DNA of 64,000 bases from Chiloscyllium plagiosum. Taxonomy: Eukaryota. Numbering within the stretch: the first letter of the stretch is position 1; every line of letters begins with the position of its first letter. The position numbers were made by a program, and so were the translations under genes. Under the pieces are notes generated by a model that made no database searches, had not been told where the DNA came from, and was given only the letters and a program-made list of their open reading frames with translations. Below are positions 53,147 through 64,000 of the stretch, one piece after another. Location of the stretch: positions 25,100,736-25,164,735 of the forward strand of contig NC_057720.1 of the NCBI RefSeq assembly GCF_004010195.1, given 5' to 3'.

Positions 53147-53886
53147 TGTTATGAAGTTGAAGGCATGTACTGTACCTTTAAGAAAGAGTGAATGCTGTTC
53201 TGCACTAAGAGTTTACAAGAGCAGTCTCAGAGTGTACTGGAAAATTGAAAATATGTAACATTTGGCTGTGAAATAGATACTTGAGTTGGTTGCTGTTTTG
53301 ACAGCAATTCGAATTTAACCAATCAGTTTAAATTCAGCCCCAGTTGAGTTTGAATTTATTGTTTTGCCAACATCGTACCAATGAGATGATCTGATGTAGA
53401 AGATATAAAAAAGGCAGGCATATTGAAAATCAGACAGAGCAACTGCCATCGTGAGAGAGACCTAAGACATTGAAACGCTCTTTGTCAAAGGTGCCTTTTC
53501 ATATGAAACATCTACACAATAAAAAGAAAAACAGATGACCTCAGGAGATCGTCAGCCAGAAGAAGAAAGACACCAAAGGCGACAACCGCTGCATGGTTTT
53601 GAAATTAATTTGTAATTTTAATAAGTGTTTTATTGGAACAGTACATTGCTATAGAGTTGGAGGCAGATAATAAGCAATTAAGAGAAGGGGGGGCTTCGAG
53701 TTGTGAATAGTTATTGTTTAATGTTCACTTTTAGAGGTAAAGAATAAATTGATATTATTTTCTTTAAATAGTGGAATTTGGGAGTTCTCTGTCACTCATA
53801 TTTTAACTTCATATATTATGAAGCAAGGTGAGCTTTTCTGAGTATTTAGTTTAATTAACAGAGGGGTTCACTGCTGTGTCATAACA
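53147..53886. mobile_element. Probable solo LTR
   Basis: 740 bp bounded by 8-bp inverted termini TGTTATGA...TCATAACA, with internal AATAAA. No clear TSD. Confidence 0.5.
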
Positions 53887-56238
53887 CCACCGTTTCTTGC
53901 ACAGTGAACTCTCAAGCTCATTCATCTTACTGTGGGCAGTTTTCTAGTGGAAACAAGATGTTTTTTTCCACAGTCACAGGTGGAGAGAAAAAGACAAAAA
54001 TGACTATGAAACCAAAATTGCAATTAACCATGCAAATAAAATCAAAAACCAAAGCTGGCTGATTGAAACAATATAATAGAGTTGGTGAGCATTTATAAAT
54101 ATAAAAGACAGGTTTATGATTTGACTTCAATGTACCAGAAATGGTTGTATATCTGTCATGCTGAGTAACTGGCTATAGGTCCTGTGTTTTAGTTGTAAGA
54201 GCACAAGAATAAGAAACAGGAATGGGCCAGGCAGCCTTAGAGCCTGCTCCACAATTCAGTAAGGTCATGATTGACCTGGCTGTGATCTCATCTCCACTTT
54301 CCCTATCAGCATCTCGTAATCCTAGATTCCCTTGTCTATTAAAAATCGATCTAACTCATTCTTAAATTTAAAGACACAGCCTCTCCTACCTTCTGAGCAA
54401 GAGAATTCCACACTTAACAACACAGAAAAACATTTTTGTTCATCTTTGTCAGGTGTCCTTCTAATTTAAAGTGTAGGCCACATCTTAACTGTTTCATCTG
54501 CATTCTCTTGATTTTGTTCATGACTTTCTGATGATAAAGCCATCACAGTTCTCCAAATGGAGCCTTGGCATTGATCTAAAATATTCTATTCTGATTTTTA
54601 ATCGATTATCCAGCATTAAATCCTAATAGTTGATTTAATCACATTGAATGAATAATACCACATACAGATTTTTTTCCTTTTGTAATAAAAATCTATAATA
54701 TTCTCAAACAATTACCTCTTCAATTAACATTAAGAAAGAACGAAAAATGAAGTTTGTATTATACATGATGCAACAATTTTTAATTTTTTCAATATAATAT
54801 GTTCTTTCAGTTATAAACAGTTGCTTGGAGCTACATAATTTGAATATTGCCAGAAAAAGACAAGTTTAGCCAGCATTTGCAAAAATTGCCATAGTGTCCA
54901 ACGTTGGGTGTAATGTAAATCTGCAATTGGACAATGTTTGTTGGATAGTCTTGAATGTGTGAAGAATTATACTGATGATCAGTTTAGCATTAAGCATCAG
55001 GCTTGAAGTGTTGGGTAGTTGTGTAGGCTATTAATACACAGGGCCCTGTTCTTTGCAGGTAGAAAGAACATGTTCACACACAGTATCTGTTTCAACTGAA
55101 CTGAATATATGACAGCTATTCACTGGTTCCATATCTTAGGGCAGTGCACTGACCAGTTAGAGTTAACTTGCTTGGTTTAACATTTAAACAAAACCTGGCT
55201 GTTCATTGTCAGCCATCATCAATTGATGAATTTTCCATGGCAATGCTCCTGCCAGTCAGTCAGCTTGCCAAATAATCATTACTCCCCTCTCGTTCAGTAT
55301 AAATGTTAGATTTCCTCTGAAACTTGGTTTTCTTGCAAATAGATCTGATGAGTCCAAGATGTATCTTTCTTAAGCTATATTTATCATTTCCACTATTTGC
55401 AGTATGAAACCCGGAAGGGTTCTGCTTCTTCATAACATTTAATTGCTATTTTGAGTTAGAGAGGATACCTTGGTAGGCCATTAACAAAGCTGCATGCCTC
55501 TAAATGCTCCAGGTGTTGGAAGGTGGATACAAATTAGCTGCTAGCTATAATGTAGGAGTAAGTAGTTTCTGATTGAGAAATATCAAATAAAGCAATGCAG
55601 TCTTCTACTGCATCCTGATTCAATGGGTTTCTTTCAACTATAAGTAAGGTAGCCTGAAGTAATTTCTATGCTTTTCACAAAGCATCACTGTCATGATGTA
55701 ATACTGAAGTGTATAAGGAGTTTGGAGCATCTATGCTTCAGTCTGGACTACATTTAAATCTTAAGAGTTGCTCAACCTCAATATTATGCTGTCTTAGTAT
55801 AAACCTAATTATTAACTGGACAATATAATGAGGATCGATTCTTATACACAGAGGGTTTACTTAGATTAGGTTACTTACAGTGCAGAGGGTTTACTTAGAT
55901 TAGGTTACTTACAGTGCCCAACAAGTCCACTTAGATAGTTTGTTACCCAGTAAGGTACTGACTGTGTAGGTTCAATTTCTGCCTGGCTGAGGGTTCCAAG
56001 AAAGACTCTCCTTCACACCTTACCTCCTTGCAATTCCTTAGTTCCTCTGGCTCAGCACACCTATAAGCCACCCAAGTTGCTCATAAAGATTGGAGTTTTG
56101 ATACCTTGTTAGAAAAGAGGAGACCATCAGTTTGGGATACTATGCACATAAGCAATTGCAGACCATGATATTGGTTAGGCCTGATTTGTTAAGTCTGAAG
56201 TGGCATGGTTTTGATTTGATTTTCTGGGCCATTTGTAG

Positions 56239-56377
56239 GATATGATGGAGGCAGCAGTGATTCAGAGTGCGAAGGTGCTACCATGAATGAACAGGACCCA
56301 AAATGTCCCCTGATGCCTGACTTTTGGCTGATCATCAGAATTCACCATGATCGAGTTGAAGTTTATTGTCATACACG
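56239..56377 (+). CDS. SZT2: SZT2 coding exon 16
   Basis: tttgtAG acceptor; [13 protein letters not shown]...[24 protein letters not shown]; donor CG|GTGAGT. Confidence 0.94.
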
Positions 56378-56750
56378 GTGAGTATAAGATGATCGCCAAC
56401 TTTCTGTCTATAAATAATGTGACATGGTCACACTAAATTTAAATGGGTGAGCGGTCCAAATAGTATGGCATATTAACCATTAACCATAATATCCACATTT
56501 TCATTTGTATTTGGAGATTGAAGTGTATTTGCATACCAAAGATGACAGGTAGGTTCTTCAATATTTTTGATTTATTTTTAAGATATGCAGTTGACAAATA
56601 TTCTGTTAATCTAATATTTTTTCTCTAAATTGGAGATTAAATTTGACTTTTTAATGTTAAGGCAAGTAATCATGTTTATAGATTCAATGTGGCTATGGCA
56701 GAGAAGGATAAGAAAGGCAATGTTTACAAATACTTATTGTATTTTTCTAG

Positions 56751-56868
56751 GAATCTTATTGGGATAAAGGATGAGTCAGAAGTTGAAGAAGAGGAAGAAC
56801 TCGAATACTTGCGTCTCTATAGAATAGTGATTGAGAAAATTACGGAGATTTGTCGTATGGTCAACCAG
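56751..56868 (+). CDS. SZT2: SZT2 coding exon 17
   Basis: tttttctAG acceptor; NLIGIKDE...IEKITEICRMVNQ; donor CAG|GTAATC. Confidence 0.92.
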
Positions 56869-57686
56869 GTAATCATAAACTTGAGGCTGAGTGTTGGTTT
56901 GAATTTTGGCAAGGAGGGAGCCCCAGTATTGAATGAAGCCAGACTTTGTAGATGGTTGGTGAGCAGAAGGTTGTATCTGGAATTCTGTGGACAAATCCTA
57001 GAAGCCAACTCAGTGAGCTGAAATTAGCAATCACAATTGGTTTGAAGCCCTTAGTTTGACTTCCGGTTTTCAGCATTGAAACCTCGAATCAGGTATGCTG
57101 TGTGAGACTGTATGTAAGGCTGTTTCGTTCATAGGTGAGGTGGCTGTTATGTTATGTGAATCAATACTAGGTGAAACATTGCAATATTTTTGACCACCCA
57201 GGGACCAAGGCAAGAGGCTGATTGAACCTTTTTGAATTGACCAATTCTTTCACCCTTGTGTTCAGCAGACATGGATCTACTCCATAGATCCAGATACTTT
57301 GTCCACTTTTACTTTGACTGGCTTCACTAATACTGTTATTGATTGTGATATATTTCATCTCACTGTAAACAAATTCTGGATTTACTTCCTTCCCTGTGTC
57401 CTTCTATTTTGAAAGCACCCAGGTAAAATTCTTGTTAAATATCCAGGCAAATTGCTACTTATCATTTTGCAGATGATAGAATCCCACATGCAAATGTTAA
57501 TGGATGTGAATTAACCTTTATTTGACACCACCCTTAACTTTGGTATTGTCATGTCTTTGCACTTTTGAACCTGTCAATGTACTATATTGTTTGGCTTGTA
57601 AATTGTTTGATAATTCTGCATCACTGCATATTCTGGCTAACATTCCACGCTGTTCTATACTTTCATTTCTTCTTCATTTGTCACAG

Positions 57687-57816
57687 CGCCTGTTACTTCA
57701 GGATCTGCATGACAGTCATGTCTGTAATTCATTGCTTGTCGCTGAAAGTGAAGAGGACATCTGGAAGAATGAAACCCCCTATCCTTCATATCGTCCACGG
57801 GCTACAGCTAGTGATG
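57687..57816 (+). CDS. SZT2: SZT2 coding exon 18
   Basis: tgtcacAG acceptor; [31 protein letters not shown]...ATASD; donor G|GTTTGC. Confidence 0.93.
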
Positions 57817-57980
57817 GTTTGCAATAACATTCCTAATTCACCCAATTTTATATTTTATTCATATGTTAATTTTCAATGTCTGTTTCAGGTCATCTTTCAA
57901 CTATGCAGGAAAGCTAAGTAACCTAGGATGAAATTAGATATTCAAAAGGTTCTAAATTATTTCAGAAGTTATTTGCCTCA

Positions 57981-58629
57981 GCGAGTTTTGAGAAGATCTG
58001 TAGCTCTGGTTGGGATTTGGATGTAGGTTTGCTCGCTGAGCTGGAAGGTTCATTTCCAGACAATTTGTCACCTTAGGTAACATCTTCAGTGGGCCTCTGG
58101 GCGAAGCACTGCTGATTCCTGCTTTCTATTTATATGTTTGGCCTCCTTTGGGTTGGTGGGTGTCATTTCCTGTTCTTTTTCTCGGGGTGGTGGTAAATGG
58201 AGTCTAACTCTCGATGTGTTTGTTGATAGAGTTCCGGTTGGAATGCCATGCTTCTAGGAATTCTTGTGTGTCTCTCTGTTTGGCTTGTTCTAGGATGGAT
58301 GTGTTGTCCAAGCCGAAGTGGTGTCCTTCCTTATATGTGTGTAAGGATACTAGTGAGAGAGGGTAATGTCGTTTACTGGCTAGTTGATGTTCATGTATCC
58401 TGGTGGCTAGTTTTCTGCCTGTTTGTCCAATGTAGTGTTTGTTACAGTTCCTGCACGGTACCGCGTGAGAATTCCTAGAAACATGGCATTCCAAAGGGGC
58501 CCAAACATATAAATAGAAAGCAGGAATCATCAGCAATGCTTAGCCCAGAGGCCCACTGATGATGTTCCCTAGTATGGTGATGAAATGTCTGGAAATGAAC
58601 CTTCCAGCTCAGCGAGCAAACTTACATCC
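57981..58629 (-). mobile_element. Penelope-like element (family B) with GIY-YIG remnant and inverted arm
   Basis: Minus-strand ORF VPCRNCNKHYIGQTGRKLATRIHEHQ...EFLEAWH. Inverted arms at about 58017-58140 and 58500-58629. 14-bp TSD agttatttgYctca. Confidence 0.87.
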
Positions 58630-58965
58630 AGTTATTTGTCTCAATTTAATTCTTTTTGTCAGCCTTCGAATTTCCAAACGTGAGGTCATTATGGAATTAC
58701 ATAAACAATAGTTTCAGCACTATCGTGTGCTTGGCTTTCTGTTGCAGAGGTGATGTACAAAAATGTTTGGAAGCAGTGATTAAAATTTATATGTTCATTT
58801 GACTATCTAGTCATTGTAGCCAGTTTCAAGGCTAGAAGTTCAGGAATCAAAAGCTTGCTAAGTACAGTTACAGTGAGAGAAAGATAGCCAAATGCATCTA
58901 TTAGAAAACTCCACAGTCGTATCCTGGCACCAATTGAAGGAGAAATCAAGAGTAAAATCGGAAGT

Positions 58966-59122
58966 AAAAACAGAAATTGCTTGAAGAGCTCAGCCAGTCT
59001 GGCAGCATGTGTTTCTGACCCTTCCTCTGAACAGCACAGGTGCTGCCAGACCAGCTGAGCTCTTCCAGCACTTTCAGTTTTTGTTTCTGATTTACAGCAT
59101 CCACAGCTCTTTCAGTTTTTAC
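58966..59122. mobile_element. Older palindromic PLE-like insertion
   Basis: aaaaacagaaattgcttgaagagctcagccagtctggcagca is inverted to tgctgccagaccagctgagctcttccagcactttcagttttt. Terminus resembles family A. Confidence 0.6.
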
Positions 59123-60408
59123 CTAAAAACAGAAGTGACAGGAGGAGAATTGGATGGGTGGACAACGTTGAGTTGTGGACAGAGGAGCCTTGATGATAGC
59201 CAAACAAGCAAGATAAAGCTAATAATCCCATAATTCTCTGGTGGAAACACATGAATGTCTAATTTAGATATTTTGACATGACTTTAGAATTTGCATCCCA
59301 TTTAATTAATAACCAAGTGTAAGTTGAACAATAAGCCCTAATTGTAGTAAATGTTTACAGGTGAATTAATGGATAGCATCACATGTTTGTTTTGTTCTTG
59401 GAATGCGTAAAGTACCATAATACCAATCCAGTGACGGATTGCAGAACAAGATTTAGCCATTCAGCCCCTCAAGCTGTACTACAGTAGACACTGATCAGTA
59501 TCTTAATTCCATCCTATCCACCTTCCTTAAAACTGACCCTTTTTTAAATAAAGTTGTAAAGCAAAGCAAAAATCATGGCAAGCTGCTTAGAAGCTCAATA
59601 TTTCAGAAAGCTAACAATGGGACTAAAAGCAGATAAGCAAGGTTAGAATAGTCTTTCTTGAAGAACATGTCTTATTGTATGATGAATAACAGTGGGTTTG
59701 TTTCTTTAGTGGACCATCAAGGTTGAATTATGCACATGGCTGAGCCAGAGAAATCATTCCTTACATCAGACTAAAACAGCCTGTGATTATAATGTGTGGA
59801 TTCTTTGGCATGTTAAGGTCACTGAGTTTGAAGTAAATGCCTTAAACAGGTTAAGGAATTAACAGATGCATGTCTTGAGCTGATGTGCTTGTAGCTAGAT
59901 GATGCAGTTTCCTCGGTATTTTATATCTTTTAATTAATTTTCTAAAGAGTTCATCTCTTCATCATTACTCTTGAAAGACCATATCATTAGCATTTCTTGT
60001 ATTTTGGTTCTATTTTCAAAGTAATTGACTTCTGAACCAAGGAAGACAGTTTCTATTTATCTCTAATTGCTGTTTTGATACAAGCAAATGCACAACCTCT
60101 CAAAATATATACATTTGGTGTTTTTAGCAATCTTAACTTTTTAAATTCATTTTTGGGATGTGGGCGTTGCTGGCTGGCCAGCGTTTATTACCCGTCCTTA
60201 GAAGGTAGTAGTGAACTGCCTTTTTGAACCGCTGCAGTCCGCATGCTGTGATTTGACCCACAATTCCACTGGAGAGGAAATTCCAGGATTTTGACACAGT
60301 GACATTGAAGGAACTGATATATTTCCAAGTTAGGATGGCAAGTGGCTTGGAGGGAAACTTGCAGGTGGTGGTGTTATTGTTTCACATTTTTGTTCTGTTC
60401 ACTCACAG

Positions 60409-60561
60409 ACTATTCAACAGATGATAATTATCAGTCAAAGGATTACTTGGCTGCCACAATGCATTTTATGGCAGGCCACTTTTCTTGTGAAGTGGTGTGG
60501 AAGACCATCATACATATCCACCCTCGACTCAAGATGGGGCCTAACATGGGTGTCGCGAGAG
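60409..60561 (+). CDS. SZT2: SZT2 coding exon 19
   Basis: ctcacAG acceptor; DYSTDD...YLAATMHFMAGHFSCEVVW...RLKMGPNMGVAR; donor AG|GTATGC. Confidence 0.94.
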
Positions 60562-60899
60562 GTATGCTAAACTTTGGGACATTCCACATTGTATATTTAA
60601 TTGGATTTAGTGTCAATGCGTACTCCCATACATTATCCCCATAAAAATGGTGAGCCTTTACTTTCAGAATTTCTAAATATACCATGAGCCATGGATTGAG
60701 CAGATAAACTCTGCTCATTGTACTCAGTGCCTACCTGTAATTGTACTCTGGCTGACTAAAATATTTCACAGGCTACTTCATAATTTCTTTGTCTTTGCTA
60801 AAGTGAAAGAATATGCTTGGTCACACTGTTCCATGGGACGCTAGACAAAACTATTAGTGGAAAATAGTATATTGACAGTAATTATGAGCATTCTTTCAA

Positions 60900-61370
60900 A
60901 TGTTGAGGGTACAAAAGGAAATGTATTAGCATGGTCCTAGACATGTGGTTTACAGTTACGTAGTATGTGGAAAGGCTAAAGAAGCTGGAGTTGCTCCCCA
61001 TAGAGTAGAGGAGTTGAAGGAGATTTGATTGATGCGTTTTAAATCACGAAGGGTTTTCACAGAATAAATCAATCAAATCTATTTTCATTGCTTGAAAGAT
61101 CTTAACTAGAGGACACAGGTTTAAGGTGATTAGAAAAAGAACCAACAAGACATAAAAAATGGGTTTTTTTTACACACTGAGTGTGTTAGATTTGGAATGT
61201 GGTGCCTGAATGAGTCGTGGATACAGATTCAGTCATAGCTTTCACCAGAAAATTGATTACACGTTTGAAGGAGAAAAACATGCAAGGGAATGAAAAACGA
61301 ACAGAGAAGTGGACTAATCTGCTGTTCAAAAGGTTGTCTTAATAAGATGGATGGCCTCCAGTGCTGTGAT
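60900..61370 (+). mobile_element. Old CR1-type LINE 3' fragment
   Basis: Degenerate actagaggacacaggtttaaggtg...tggaatg motif. Boundaries approximate. Confidence 0.55.
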
Positions 61371-62879
61371 AGTCTAGATTCTTTGATTTTGTAACATTAA
61401 AATGGTGTTTTACCCATGTAAGTATAGCTGCCAAACAAACCACATGAAGAGAAGGTGTAAATGGCAACAACAAACTTCAAAAGCTGCTGTCGAAAAACAA
61501 GCAAGCAGAGGTTGTCATCTAAAATTGTTAAAGTCATTGTTGTGAAAGGTTATGATGTGCCTAATCAAAAGATAATATTCTGTTCCTTGAATAGCAGATT
61601 GAGATTCATTGGAACAAGAAGAAGGCCAAGCCAAACAGGTCTTAGTCAGAGTTGACCAGAAAATTAAAATGGTACAAACTTTGGCGTCAGGCTTATAGAC
61701 TAAACAAAGCAGTACTCCAATCGGTGTTTGGTCCCAATAGCCTTCACAGCCAGCATGAATCTGCCATCAAGTATGTCTGTTCCCACCTCAGCCTACCCTA
61801 CCCTTTCAGCATTCCAAAGATTAGTTCTGGTGCAATAACCTGAATCTTGAACATGACCTGCACTTCCCAATTAAACTTCACACGCTTTTGCAGGCAGTGT
61901 GACATCTGTCCTGTACTTTAGTAGACATTCCTTTTTGTTTGCTGTACTGTATTTACAGCTCATAATACTGTTTTCTCCAAATTGAGAAAACAAGATCCAG
62001 ACTGGAATGACCCCTTTATGGAACAACTTGGTTCACTGTGCAAACCTGATTCCAAGCTTTTGCCGTTTAAATTCTCAGGCTTGTGACCTCTTTCTGATAA
62101 CTCTACCTAGTTCCAATGTAGCTCAACATAAGCGCTGAAGAACAGCACCTCATCTTTTGATTAGGCATTTTACCACATTCAGGTCTTCTCATTGAGTTCA
62201 GTGGTTTTATTTCCTACCATTGCCTGTACTTACTGTTTTTTATCTTTTGCTCTCAACTCTCCTACTACCATTTTCTTTTGTCTTGCACCATTAGCTGTTT
62301 TTACCACTTAATGTCTTCTTTATCTCGAATCCTGTCACAAAACTTCCCTTTTGTTTTTTTTTCCCCTCTTTTCCTCCCCTTTGTCTACCTTTGTAACTTG
62401 CTTAAAGTCTATTGCATCACTGACTTTTACAGTCTGATAAAAAGTCAGTGACCAGATATTGTTTGATGTGCTGGCTGTTTCCAAAATTTTCTAATCTTGC
62501 GTTTCCAGCATTTTGTAGTGTTTAACTTTGTGGTGCATAAACAGTCCCATAACTAACTTTTATTTGAATTAAATGGTCAGGTCTATCGATGTTTCAAAAA
62601 AGTTAAAGAAATATTATCCATCTAAAAGAAGGAAATTGAACAAAAACCTTCAAGGAGGAATTTAATAAATTTGATTGACAAGAAAAATTGCAGAAATGTG
62701 GAGAATGAGTAAGCAGTGGCTGAATTGTTCTGAAAGAACCAGCATCAACTTAATGATCTGAATGATTTTACTGCTGTTTCACCTATGGCTAAATAAGAAT
62801 GATCAGATCTTATTCATTGTTTTTAACTTCCTTTATCCAGTCCAGTTTTTTTTTGTGGTATTTTCTTGACCCCGTATAA

Positions 62880-63077
<198 letters not shown>

Positions 63078-64000
63078 TAAGAAGACAGCCCAGAGGACAG
63101 TGCTGCAACAATTGGCAATAAATTAGCAGTGGCCCTCCAGTCACAGTACTGGGGAAAAACTGTGATCATTAAGTAAAATTACACAGATACTACAAAAGAA
63201 GTTGTGACTAAAAAATCTGAGTGACACCAAGAAGGTATGTTCCATGTCTGACTGTGACATACTGCTGAACTAGGGAGTTTTTGTTTCTGGGTGTTAGAAA
63301 TGGAAAGGAATTCAGCTTACTATGTTGGTATTCTTTTCCTTTAGAAATGTTAAAAAAAAGTCATTATTATTTTAAAGGAGCACCTGTAATTCTGTACACT
63401 GTTTGGACAACGTTTTAAAATGAAAGCAAAACTTCAGGCTCGATTGTATTTTTGAAGTTATTCCAAGATGCATTTATTTTTATTTCACATTCTAATCAAT
63501 CTTTTATTGGACTGCCTATGACCAAAAATGTAAATTGACATATATAAAAACGCAGTACCGTCACCTTCTATTTTTTCTGATTTATTCCTAAAATTTCAAT
63601 TTACTAACTTGCAATCGTTTGCTTATTTTTATATTTACTGAAGCTTCCTTTATGTTGTCTTTGAAATATGCTTACTTCTACATTGTTCATATCTTGGTCC
63701 TTTGGGTGCCTATAAAACATTCAGTAGAAGTAATATTTTCTCAGTTGAGCTCTCGTTGGGTTTATCACAATTGCTGATTATCAGTAGTTTTGTTACATGG
63801 AAATATTACTTTTTTTTGCTTAAAAATGAATAAAATGAGGGCCGAATACCTAATTTACAACTAGCTTTTTGGAGTAAAATTATGAAGCACTTTTTTGCAT
63901 AAAGAATACTTAACTTATGGAACTTATTCCCCTAAAAGTACTACTGGACCAACTGAAATGTGAGACTGAGATCAATAGATTTCTTGTTAGTTCAAGACAT

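Noticed and set aside
60145..60375. Old repeat just upstream of the exon 19 acceptor (related pieces near 8878, 34735, 41228)
   Set aside because: Recurrent but unclassifiable by eye, and no evidence that it contributes to the splice site.

Overview
Eukaryotic (vertebrate) genomic DNA. The repeat content (HE1-like tRNA-derived SINEs, CR1/HER1-like LINEs, Penelope elements) suggests a shark, which is an inference. The whole window lies inside one + strand gene, SZT2 (KICSTOR subunit). I traced 20 consecutive internal GT-AG coding exons (903-63076, about 3.47 kb, about 1,155 aa) with compatible splice phases; neither end of the gene is in the window. Introns are packed with CR1-type LINE fragments, SINEs, a TA-flanked MITE, a probable solo LTR and a 992-N assembly gap. 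The most striking non-genic signal is a set of about 10 Penelope-like (PLE) insertions from two families. Most are short asymmetric palindromes with 11-16 bp target-site duplications (TSDs), and many carry minimal hammerhead-ribozyme cores (CUGANGA-N-stem-GAAA-C-GUC), sometimes on both strands. Longer relatives with RT or GIY-YIG coding remnants are also present. All family names come from motif recognition by eye, not from database searches.
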